From: a virus
Taxonomy: Duplodnaviria; Caudoviricetes
Direction: 5' to 3' (one strand)
IMG/VR virus record: IMGVR_UViG_2930305612_000002
Span: 2,176-66,175 of that record
Length of the DNA: 64,000 bases
Below the pieces are notes generated by a model. That model saw only the letters and a list, made by a program, of their open reading frames with translations. It was not told where the DNA came from and did not search any database. The position numbers were made by a program, and so were the translations under genes. Positions within the stretch are counted from its first letter, which is position 1, and each line of letters opens with the position of its first letter. Shown piece by piece: positions 56,227-64,000 of the stretch.

Positions 56227-56979
56227 TCATGCCGCCACCTCGGCAGCCTTACGGGCGGCGTCGTACTGGCCGATGCCCCAGACGATCGCGTGGCACTGCC
56301 AGACGTAGTGGTAGTCGAGGCCGTGGATGTTCCACTCGGAGATGTCGTCGAAGTCGAAGCCTTCAAGCTGCCGGGTCCTGGCCTGGTGCTTCTTTCCGAA
56401 CTCCCGTTCGTGCTTGATCTTCCACATGACGCCCTTATCCATGGGGCGAGCGTCGTCGTCGGTGGCGCCGCACGAGCACTCGCTGCGGGTCTTCACGCCG
56501 AACTGGAACTCGCTCACGACCTGGACGGCGGTGGCCTCCTGGTCGAGGCACCCGCTGTCGAGCACCTCTTCGGTGACGGCCTTGCCGACGCCTCGCGGTG
56601 CGTAGCCTTCGCGGATTCCCTCAACCGTGGCCTCCCGCACCCTCTTCTCCAGGAGACTGCGGTCGTACTTGGCGACGGACTCGCGGCCGTTGACCAGCAT
56701 CCGCGCCCAGTGGTCCGGGTCCACGCGCCCCTTGCCTCGGCCACGGAAGGCGGTGAACATGTCCTGCCTGTCGTCGGCGTAGTGGGCGAAGTGGAACGAC
56801 CCGTGACTACCGGCGACGACCAGGTTGTGCGGCCACGTGACGAGCTCGATGACGGTCATGCTGGTCTTCGGGGCGGCGAACCGCAGGTACCGGAAGGGGC
56901 CGTCCTCGCGGTGGGCCGTGAGGGTGTGGTTCGGAGTGTCGCTCTCGAAGTGCTTGGCGATCTCGGGGTAGTCGCTCAT
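56227..56979 (-). CDS. Conserved phage hypothetical protein
   Basis: ELVTWP...WQCHAIVWGIGQYD. Confidence 0.7.
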   Translation of the reverse strand: MSDYPEIAKHFESDTPNHTLTAHREDGPFRYLRFAAPKTSMTVIELVTWPHNLVVAGSHGSFHFAHYADDRQDMFTAFRGRGKGRVDPDHWARMLVNGRESVAKYDRSLLEKRVREATVEGIREGYAPRGVGKAVTEEVLDSGCLDQEATAVQVVSEFQFGVKTRSECSCGATDDDARPMDKGVMWKIKHEREFGKKHQARTRQLEGFDFDDISEWNIHGLDYHYVWQCHAIVWGIGQYDAARKAAEVAA

Positions 56980-57284
56980 GCGGTCTCACCGGCCTCACCC
57001 TTGAGGCGGGCGATCTCGGCGCGGGCTGCTTCGAGCTCGTCGGCGGCGGTGCGCTGCTGCTCGGCGTAAGCGACGATCTCGTCACGCCACTTGCTGACGC
57101 CAGCCAGGATCTGCTCGGCGACCTTCATCCGGTTTTCCCCGGTCAGACTCGTCGGCATCTGGAAGGTGACAGAGCCGCCTCCGTGCCATCCGTCGGGCTC
57201 GATGTACAGGACCGGGTGCACGCCGGCGCTGCCCCGAGCCTGGGAACGCTCGGTGAGGAAGAACGTGGCCTGGTAGTTGCTCAT
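56976..57284 (-). CDS. Hypothetical protein
   Basis: GGAGG RBS; ADELEAARAEIARLK. Confidence 0.6.
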   Translation of the reverse strand: MSNYQATFFLTERSQARGSAGVHPVLYIEPDGWHGGGSVTFQMPTSLTGENRMKVAEQILAGVSKWRDEIVAYAEQQRTAADELEAARAEIARLKGEAGETA

Positions 57285-57519
57285 CGGGTCCCTCCGGGGG
57301 TCCAGCCGGGGTAGTCGGCGGCGGTGGAGCACTTCTCGGGGTGGGTGCAGGCGAGCCGGGCGAACGGGGTGTCGCACGGGTCGACCAGGTGGCGCAGCTC
57401 GGCGGACTGCCCTACGGAAAGACGCTGCGACCGCAGGCGGGTCACGAGGGCCTCCACCTGGGCGGCGACAACCTCCGCCGGCACGTCCAGGGCGTCGATG
57501 CGGGGAGGGCGGGTCGTCG

Positions 57520-57924
57520 TCATGACCGGGCCTCCGCTGCGGCGTTGCGCTCGTCGCGGTCGACGACGTCCACGCCGATGCCGTGCTCCCAGTCGTCCGG
57601 GTCCTCGCCCTTGAGTACGTCCGCGAGTTCGTCGGAGCAGTCGAGGAGCTGGAGAGAGCGCCCCTCCTGCTTGTCGGCCAGCCCGGGGTGCAGGTCCATG
57701 ACCTGCGACTTGGCGAAGGCTTCGTGCTCGGTACTGGCCTGCTTCCAACCGGCAACCAGCTTCTGTGCGCGGAGCTTCACCGCATCCAGCTCGGCGCGAA
57801 GGCGCTCGACCTCGGCGGCCTGCTCGGTGCGGGCCTCAGCCTCTACGGCGGTCAGGATGCGGTCGGCGTCGACGTCACCCACCGCGTTGCGTAGCGCCTC
57901 GAAGGCGCCCTGGAAGGCGGTCAT
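57520..57924 (-). CDS. Coiled-coil hypothetical protein
   Basis: ATGA overlaps at both ends. Confidence 0.6.
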   Translation of the reverse strand: MTAFQGAFEALRNAVGDVDADRILTAVEAEARTEQAAEVERLRAELDAVKLRAQKLVAGWKQASTEHEAFAKSQVMDLHPGLADKQEGRSLQLLDCSDELADVLKGEDPDDWEHGIGVDVVDRDERNAAAEARS

Positions 57925-58169
57925 CGCGCACCGCCGGCGAGCCGAACCGGGTACGTCGCCAGGACCTTGTCCGCCTCAGCGAACTTCGCCAGCGCCGACT
58001 CGCGGTCCGCAAAGTCCTCGACATCCAGGACCGGGCCACGGAAGCGGCGCAGCTCACGCTCCGCGTCATCCAGCAGCAGCATCGCGGTCAGCATGCGGTC
58101 CGGGGCCAAACGCTGCTTGAGCAAGCCGACAGCCGGAGGGATAGGGACAGGTGACAGACTGGGGACCAT
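57921..58169 (-). CDS. Hypothetical protein
   Basis: GAAAGG RBS. Confidence 0.55.
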   Translation of the reverse strand: MVPSLSPVPIPPAVGLLKQRLAPDRMLTAMLLLDDAERELRRFRGPVLDVEDFADRESALAKFAEADKVLATYPVRLAGGAR

Positions 58170-58259
58170 GGGGTCCGCCTTTCGCGTGAAGGTTCGGGTG
58201 GATCTCGTAGGCCCCGATTGCCGGGATTAGGCCCCCGGCGGTTGGGGCCGATTGCCGCT

Positions 58260-58574
58260 CTAGGCGGCGGACCGGACGCGCTTCGTCAGGTCGATCGGTG
58301 CGACCGCGTGACGAGCGTTCTCCTGGCGGATGTCTTCAGCGGTGAAGGTGATGACCCCGCCGTCCTTGTGGCAGTGGACCTCGTGCTTGTAGGCCTTCTC
58401 CCGGAGCACGCGTGCGCTCTTGTACGGGAGCCACCGGTACTCAATGACCTCTTCGGGGGTGTATCGGCGGAGGTCCGCCTCCTCCGAGGCGTTTCTCTGC
58501 GTGCTCTCCGAGGTACGCCTCGGCTTGGCCTTCCGAGCTGCGGTGGGGGGCGCCGCTGTGGCCTTGGCGGTCAC
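58260..58574 (-). CDS. Excisionase-like DNA-binding protein
   Basis: YTPEEV...SARVLREKA...ITFTAEDI; follows cro-like gene. Confidence 0.6.
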   Translation of the reverse strand: MTAKATAAPPTAARKAKPRRTSESTQRNASEEADLRRYTPEEVIEYRWLPYKSARVLREKAYKHEVHCHKDGGVITFTAEDIRQENARHAVAPIDLTKRVRSAA

Positions 58575-58780
58575 GTCTTCTCCTTGTGAGTTATGGCGTC
58601 AGGGGTGACGTCGAGTGCTGCTGCGACCTTCTGGACCGGCTCGTCGGCCGGCTCGCGGATGTGCCCCCTCTCCATGCGGGAGAGGTAGCCCCGGTTCAGG
58701 CCGGTCTTCTCTTGGAGCGCACGGAGGCTCATTTTCTGAGCTTCTCGAATTGCCCTCATTGCCAGTCCGTTCGGTCTCAC
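58571..58780 (-). CDS. Cro-like XRE HTH protein
   Basis: SLRALQEKTGLNRGYLSRMERG; divergent from repressor. Confidence 0.85.
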   Translation of the reverse strand: MRPNGLAMRAIREAQKMSLRALQEKTGLNRGYLSRMERGHIREPADEPVQKVAAALDVTPDAITHKEKT

Positions 58781-58995
58781 GCTCAAAATCTAGGCTCTTA
58801 CTGGCTACGAACGCAAGCGCTCTGCCTACATTTTCGGCACAGATCTTGAGCGTGACACTGGGTGGCAGGGGGCGTGCAGTGAATATGCGGGGCGCATGAT
58901 GCAACCCTGGAAGCTTGAAATGACTACTAATGCGCAGGTCAAAGGCCAGGATCTAGGCTTTTGGGTTGCAGACACTTGAGGCATGATGAGGACCC

Positions 58996-59523
58996 ATGGA
59001 CCACGACCTGGCACAACTGGGGGCGGCACTGAAGGCCACACGCGTGGCTCGAAGGCCGAAGCTCACACAAGAAGAGGTGGCGTCGAACCTCGGCGTCAGC
59101 CGCGCGACGGTGCAGAACATTGAGCGCGGGGTCGGCTTCAGCAAGGTCACGCCGACAATTCGCGCCTACGCCCACCTGCTCGACTGGACAGCAGACTCCA
59201 TTGATCGCGTACTGGCCGGCGGGGAACCCGGCCTAGTGCACGACGCGAGCGCCAGCCCCCGTGCGACTTCCGTCCCGCCGGCCAAACCGTCCCGCCTGCC
59301 GCTGCGCGTGGTGGACGAGATCGAGTCGAGCGGAGCACTGGTCGACACGGCCGTCATTCCGTTGGGTGACGGCGGGAACATGGTCGTCATCGTCACCGGC
59401 AAGGAAGATGCGACACCGGAGGAGCGGCAGCGCAACCTTGACGCGTGGCGGCAGGCTCAGCAACGGCTGCAGGAGCTCAGTCATCCCGGCCGCAGCGCGT
59501 CACCCGATGCGAACGGCTCCTAA
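58996..59523 (+). CDS. Immunity repressor (XRE HTH)
   Basis: LTQEEVASNLGVSRATVQNIERG; GAGG RBS. Confidence 0.85.
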   Translation: MDHDLAQLGAALKATRVARRPKLTQEEVASNLGVSRATVQNIERGVGFSKVTPTIRAYAHLLDWTADSIDRVLAGGEPGLVHDASASPRATSVPPAKPSRLPLRVVDEIESSGALVDTAVIPLGDGGNMVVIVTGKEDATPEERQRNLDAWRQAQQRLQELSHPGRSASPDANGS

Positions 59524-59630
59524 CACAGAGGCATTTCAGTCACTCCAAGCACTCTACAAGTGACCCAAAAGTGTGGTTGCATGACTGAACGCTGGCGATG
59601 GGCCCACCAATCGGAACAAGCGGGGTGCCG

Positions 59631-59843
59631 ATGTGTGTCCATGTTTTCAACGCGCGTCAGATGCCGAACGGGACCCTGGTATGGGTCGATCGTCAGCCCG
59701 CGCACATCTACGTCTACGTCGATGAGTCCCTGGTCAACGGGCCGTCGGGCGTGTTGACGTCGCGAGGCGTCGACAAGGTCAATGAGGCGCTCGCCTCCTT
59801 GCCCGGTGCACCCAGCCTCGAATCTGCCAAGGCCTGCCGTTAG
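59631..59843 (+). CDS. Small protein between repressor and integrase
   Basis: MCVHVFNARQMP; GGGG RBS-like motif. Confidence 0.55.
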   Translation: MCVHVFNARQMPNGTLVWVDRQPAHIYVYVDESLVNGPSGVLTSRGVDKVNEALASLPGAPSLESAKACR

Positions 59844-59900
59844 CACCGCTGTCGGGGGCGGCTCGTTAATGATGTAAGGAGACACCTGAGGGGGTGTGCG

Positions 59901-61217
59901 GTGGCCCATGCCGAGAAGGTCTACAAGGTCCGCAACGGCAAGCAGACGAAGCAGTTCACGTGGCGGGTCCGGTACAAGAAGCCGGACGGGACGTGGGGGT
60001 CGGAGCCAGGCTTTCCGACCAAGAAGACGGCGGAGGACTGGGGGGACGGCCAGGAGGCAGCGATCAAGGCGGGCCGATGGATTGACCCGGACCTCCAGCG
60101 CAAGCACTTCGGGGAGTTCGCCCGGACGTTCATGAAGGCTCGGGTCAAGCGCGGCCGGACGATGGACAAGAGGTGGGATTTGCTGCAGACCCACATTCTG
60201 CCCAAGTGGGAACACGCCCCGCTGATCGGCATCACATGGTTCGACGTCGACTCGTGGCAGATGACGCTCGACTGCGAAGACGTGACGGCAGGACATGCGG
60301 TGTCACTGATGTCGACGATCCTGACGGCCGCGGTGGACGCGAAGCACATCACGGTGAATCCGCTCTTCGGTCGGCGCCGCACGCAGCCCTCGGCGCCGGC
60401 GCCCAAAAAGCCGAAGAAGACGGACGAGGAGAAGTGGGCGCCGCCGGAGGTTGTCATTCAGCTCGCGCAGCGCCTGGGGCCCGCCACTGGCATGCACGTG
60501 CTGACGACAGCCTTCACTGGGCTGCGCTGGGGTGAGGGTGCGGGTCTCCACCGGGACAACGTCCTGAAGACGCGGCGGCAGGCGAACGATGGCGGCTGGT
60601 TCGAGTGTCCTGTCATCAAGGTGGTGCCCGACGTGGGTGAGCTGTCCGAGGTCGAGTTGCGCGACGACGAGGGCAACAAGCTCGGCACGGTGTTGCGGCT
60701 GGAGAACCCGAAGAGCGAGAAGGGTGTCAGGGATATCGATCTGCCGCCGTTTCTTGCGCAGTTGCTGCGTTACCACCTCGACGACTGGCCGCATTCTTAC
60801 GTCTTCTGCACTCCGTCGGGGAAGTTCTGGCGGCGGGGCAACTGGGGGAAAGTGCTGCGGCCGGCGGCGGACGGGCGCCCCGAGCGGGAGAAGCGGCAGG
60901 GGGTGTCGCCCCGGCCGGCCTGGGAGCCGATCATGCCAGGGCTGGATATGAGGGCGCTGCGGCACACGCACGACACTTATCAGGATCAGATCGGCGTGCG
61001 GCCTTCTCTGGCGCACGAGCAGGCCGGGCATAAGATGAGTGGCATCAAGGGCGTGTACCAGCACCCAACGCCGACGATGCGGCAGGAGCGCCTGGACGGT
61101 CTTGAAGAGATCTTCTGGCGCGGGATGCGCAACCTGGGGCTGAAGACGCTGTGGAACAGAGTTGATCTCCGGAAAATCCCCCAAACGATCAACGACGATC
61201 TAGCCAATGCGGCTTAG
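59901..61217 (+). CDS. int: Tyrosine integrase
   Basis: Arm-binding N-terminus WRVRY...GFPTKKTA; TGLRWGE, PKS, ALRH, GH, VYQH. Confidence 0.93.
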   Translation: MAHAEKVYKVRNGKQTKQFTWRVRYKKPDGTWGSEPGFPTKKTAEDWGDGQEAAIKAGRWIDPDLQRKHFGEFARTFMKARVKRGRTMDKRWDLLQTHILPKWEHAPLIGITWFDVDSWQMTLDCEDVTAGHAVSLMSTILTAAVDAKHITVNPLFGRRRTQPSAPAPKKPKKTDEEKWAPPEVVIQLAQRLGPATGMHVLTTAFTGLRWGEGAGLHRDNVLKTRRQANDGGWFECPVIKVVPDVGELSEVELRDDEGNKLGTVLRLENPKSEKGVRDIDLPPFLAQLLRYHLDDWPHSYVFCTPSGKFWRRGNWGKVLRPAADGRPEREKRQGVSPRPAWEPIMPGLDMRALRHTHDTYQDQIGVRPSLAHEQAGHKMSGIKGVYQHPTPTMRQERLDGLEEIFWRGMRNLGLKTLWNRVDLRKIPQTINDDLANAA

Positions 61218-61263
61218 GCGCAGGTCAGGGAGCCGAGCCAGGGTTACAGAGGCCCATTTATGC

Positions 61264-61310
61264 CCGCTCTCCTAAAGCGGGTGTCGCAGGTTCGAATCCT
61301 GCCGGGGGCA
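61264..61310 (+). other. att core: 3' part of tRNA-Arg(CCT), not a full tRNA
   Basis: Anticodon arm CCGCT-CTCCTAA-AGCGG, T arm GCAGG-TTCGAAT-CCTGC, acceptor 3' strand CGGGGGCA; no D arm or 5' acceptor strand upstream. Confidence 0.88.
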
Positions 61311-61337
61311 CAGCCTGCGTAGCAGGTCAGGACCCCT

Positions 61338-61378
61338 AAGTGGCCCCTCGTTCATTCGAACGAGGGGCCACTTTCTTG
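61338..61378 (+). terminator. Rho-independent terminator after tRNA fragment
   Basis: AAGTGGCCCCTCGTTC-attc-GAACGAGGGGCCACTT followed by TCTT. Confidence 0.85.
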
Positions 61379-61498
61379 ATTCAAGTCCACGTAGAGTCCA
61401 CATCCCCATGGAAGGCTTCATTCCGAATCCTCCAAAACGCGGGACGCCAGCAGCGTCGCCCCGTAGACTTTTGATCTTGAAACCGCGAACGTGAGCGA

Positions 61499-61737
61499 GT
61501 GCCGCGCTCTATCCCCCCGCCCGACTGGTCCTTGCCCGTCGCCGTGCCATCGGGGACCAGATTCGCGCGGCCAGGCTCTACGCGAACCTGACGCAGGAGG
61601 TCGTGGCCGAGCGGGCAGGGATGGACCGGGCGGCGTACAACCGCATCGAGCAAGGCCACTCCGCCGCGCTGATCGACACCCTGATCCTCATCACCGACGC
61701 GATCGGCGTACCACTGAGCGACCTCGTCAGGCAGTGA
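61499..61737 (+). pseudogene. XRE HTH gene with apparent 1-bp frameshift
   Basis: GTG frame reads PRSIPPPDW; VLARRRAIGDQIRAARLYANLTQEVVAERAGMDR continues in another frame lacking its own start. Confidence 0.65.
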
Positions 61738-62016
61738 AGAGCCCCGGCCGGCGCCGATGCGGCAGACGACCGGGGCCTGAAGTGACCTACAGGGCGGGCG
61801 CGCCCGAGCCGGGGCAAGTCTCCGTGCCCGTGCCGCCGGCCTGGTGGGTCGTCGTGGGCGAGCCCGTCGGCGAGCCGACGCCCGCGCCGCATACGGGGCA
61901 GTTGCCGGCGACCTGGCCGGGGTCGAATCGGTTAGACGTGGTGCACATATCAGTTCCTCCTGTTTGGAGTGGTGCTGACAGAGGTGGTGCCACCCGCCCC
62001 ACGTAGGGCGGGAGTC

Positions 62017-62490
62017 TCAGACGGCGGCCTGGAGATCGAACGCGCGGCCGCCGAGGGCTTGGCCGGAGCCGGCAGTGTGGTGGAACAGGCAGAACGCCCT
62101 AGCCCCGCTGTGGAAGATCACGCCGAATCCGGGGTTCTGGCTGGCGGAGTCGTAGCCGTAGACCTGCGCGATCTGCCGGTTGCCTGCGTTGGTGATCGCG
62201 GCGGTGAGGTACTGCTGTGCGCGGGTGGGGGTGACCTTGCCGCCCTCGTACAGGTCCGGGTACTGGACCTCGGCCGGCGCGTCGCCCTCGACGGGGACCT
62301 CCGGGCCTTCCCACTTGTCGCCGGGGGCGGCGGCCGCGGTGATGCCGAGCCACAACTGTGCGCCCGTGGTGAAGACGACGTGCGCCCCGCGCAGGTGCTC
62401 GGCTTCGCCGCTCCAGGCGTCCGCGGACTGTACGTCCGGGGCCTTGGCAAGCGCTTCGAGGGCGAACTGGTGGAATGTATCAAGGCGCAT
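62017..62490 (-). CDS. Hypothetical protein
   Basis: AGGA RBS; 157 aa with protein-like composition. Confidence 0.65.
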   Translation of the reverse strand: MRLDTFHQFALEALAKAPDVQSADAWSGEAEHLRGAHVVFTTGAQLWLGITAAAAPGDKWEGPEVPVEGDAPAEVQYPDLYEGGKVTPTRAQQYLTAAITNAGNRQIAQVYGYDSASQNPGFGVIFHSGARAFCLFHHTAGSGQALGGRAFDLQAAV

Positions 62491-62525
62491 TTGTGATCAT
62501 TTCCTTCCGTGGCGGCCGGCCCAGT

Positions 62526-62738
62526 CTAGGTGGGGTGCGAGTCGCCGCGAGGGTCAGGCCGGAGAAGCGCGGGCAGTGCGGGCAACGGCGTGGCGCGCGA
62601 CGCGTGGGGCTCCGGCGTGAAGTCCTCGGGTGTGATCGGCGGCCCGTGCCAGAGCAGGGTCACCCCGTCCTCTGCGCAGTAGGCGCCGGTCTCGTCCTCG
62701 ACAGGGAACTCGTGGTCACCCTTGACGCACTTGGTCAT
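62526..62738 (-). CDS. Small hypothetical protein
   Basis: C...H...DETGAYC...GVTLLWHG. Confidence 0.5.
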   Translation of the reverse strand: MTKCVKGDHEFPVEDETGAYCAEDGVTLLWHGPPITPEDFTPEPHASRATPLPALPALLRPDPRGDSHPT

Positions 62739-62892
62739 CGCCGGGCCTCACGTTCAGCTCGTCGCAGGCGTACGCCGACGGGGCACCTGGACTCGAAGCA
62801 GTGGCGGCACGTGACGGAGTGCTCCAGAACGGCTTTGTACGCCGTGTCGTCCGGGAGTGCCGGTGCGGTCTGCGGTCGGCCCGCGCGCTGAG

Positions 62893-63099
62893 TCACTGCT
62901 CTACCTCTCTGTCGAGTTCCGCCCAGACGATGTCGCCGCCTGTGGTGCGGTCGTGTCCGTACCGTGGTGCTCGTGCGAGCGCGGTAAGGACGGCGGTGCG
63001 GGTGATCGAAGGGAGATCTTCGGGGAGGTCCGCCTCGACGCGGATGCGGCCCGGCGCCTTGTCGAGCGTGGGCTCACTGCCGGTTGCCGCGGCGAGCAT
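62893..63099 (-). CDS. Hypothetical protein; start uncertain
   Basis: RYGHDRT...VWAEL. Confidence 0.5.
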   Translation of the reverse strand: MLAAATGSEPTLDKAPGRIRVEADLPEDLPSITRTAVLTALARAPRYGHDRTTGGDIVWAELDREVEQ

Positions 63100-63241
63100 G
63101 GCGGCGAGGGCGGCGGCCTGGGTCTCGGCGGAACATATAGGGGTCCCCTCGTGATCGTCCGATCACCGGTTGTGATGCTGAGTAATCAACCTGATGGGTT
63201 AGCTTTGTCAATGTCGAGTACGACCCCCGGAGCTGCCGCAT

Positions 63242-64000
63242 ATGCCACGCGAAACGCCTTACCTTCAGGTGGCCGACGCCTTGCGCGCCCGGATCAAAGC
63301 GGGCGAGTGGGCCATCGGCGAGAAACTCCCCAGCCGTGCCCGGTTCGCCGAGGAATACGGGGTCGGGCAGAGCGTCGCCCAACGTGCGATGGAGCGGCTC
63401 ATCATCGAGGGGCTCCTTGAAGGCCGGGCCGGATCCGGCACCTACGTCCGCCGGCCGCGCGAGCGCCTGCGCATGATCCGCTCACGACACCGCGAACGCC
63501 GAGGCGGGTCGCCGTTCCGTGCGGACATGAAGGAGCAAGGGCGGGCAGGCACTTGGGAGTCACGGAGCCAGGCCCGCACACCCGCTCCGGAGCGCATCGC
63601 CGACCGTCTGGCCATCGAGCCCAACGCCCTGTGCGTCGTCACCCGGTACGAGTTCCTTGCCGACGGTCAGCCCGTGCAACTCTCGGAGTCCTGGGAGCCC
63701 ATGGCCATCACCGATGGGACTCCCATCGTGCTGCCCGAGATGGGGCCGTACGCCGGCGCGGGAGTCGTCGAGCGCATGAGATCCATCGGCGTCGAGATCG
63801 AGACCGCAGTCGAGATCCCTCGCCCTGCTCGCGCCAGTCAGGAGCAGGCCAACCTCCTCGGGATCAGCATCGGGGACCTGGTCATGGAAATCGAGCGCAC
63901 CTATTACGACACCGATGGGCGCCCGGTGGAGACTGCGGACATTGTGGTCGCGGACATCCGCTGGGAGATCGCGTACGAGATCGGCATACAGCGCGACTGA
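63242..64000 (+). CDS. GntR (HutC/UTRA) transcriptional regulator
   Basis: YLQVADALRARI...LPS...GSGTYVR; C-terminal ERTYYDTDGRPVE. Confidence 0.92.
   Translation: MPRETPYLQVADALRARIKAGEWAIGEKLPSRARFAEEYGVGQSVAQRAMERLIIEGLLEGRAGSGTYVRRPRERLRMIRSRHRERRGGSPFRADMKEQGRAGTWESRSQARTPAPERIADRLAIEPNALCVVTRYEFLADGQPVQLSESWEPMAITDGTPIVLPEMGPYAGAGVVERMRSIGVEIETAVEIPRPARASQEQANLLGISIGDLVMEIERTYYDTDGRPVETADIVVADIRWEIAYEIGIQRD

Larger units (their letters stand above)
1..61310. mobile_element. Integrated temperate siphovirus-like prophage; left boundary not seen in window
   Basis: Full set of integrase, repressor, replication, packaging, head, tail and lysis genes, ending at a tRNA 3'-half att core. Confidence 0.92.

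Noticed and set aside
61235-61312. Complete tRNA-Arg gene
   Set aside because: No 5' acceptor strand or D arm upstream of the anticodon stem

Overview
High-GC actinobacterial DNA (Streptomyces-like). About 61 kb is a temperate siphovirus-type prophage whose right end is a tRNA-Arg(CCT) 3' fragment (attR-like, 61264-61310) just after a tyrosine integrase. The left end is not in the window. Read right to left on the minus strand, the modules are: immunity, early/recombination, replication, an inserted ~9 kb block, packaging/head, tail, lysis and accessory genes (GNAT-HTH pair, second tyrosine recombinase, Ku, LexA-box gene). The inserted block resembles a Streptomyces plasmid/AICE conjugation module: TraB-like FtsK ATPase, TraA/Spd-like proteins, a divergent repressor with operators, and two Nudix genes. 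Most notable observations: (1) a virion-encoding prophage carrying a conjugative transfer module plus a resolvase and dif-like site, suggesting a phage/conjugative-element hybrid; (2) five CUGG(A/U)-pentaloop RNA hairpins with differing stems in the terS and scaffold leaders; (3) a glycosyltransferase coupled to the major capsid gene. Right of the att core are a frameshifted XRE gene and a GntR gene, possibly from an older element. All assignments come from motif reading and gene context; no searches were run.
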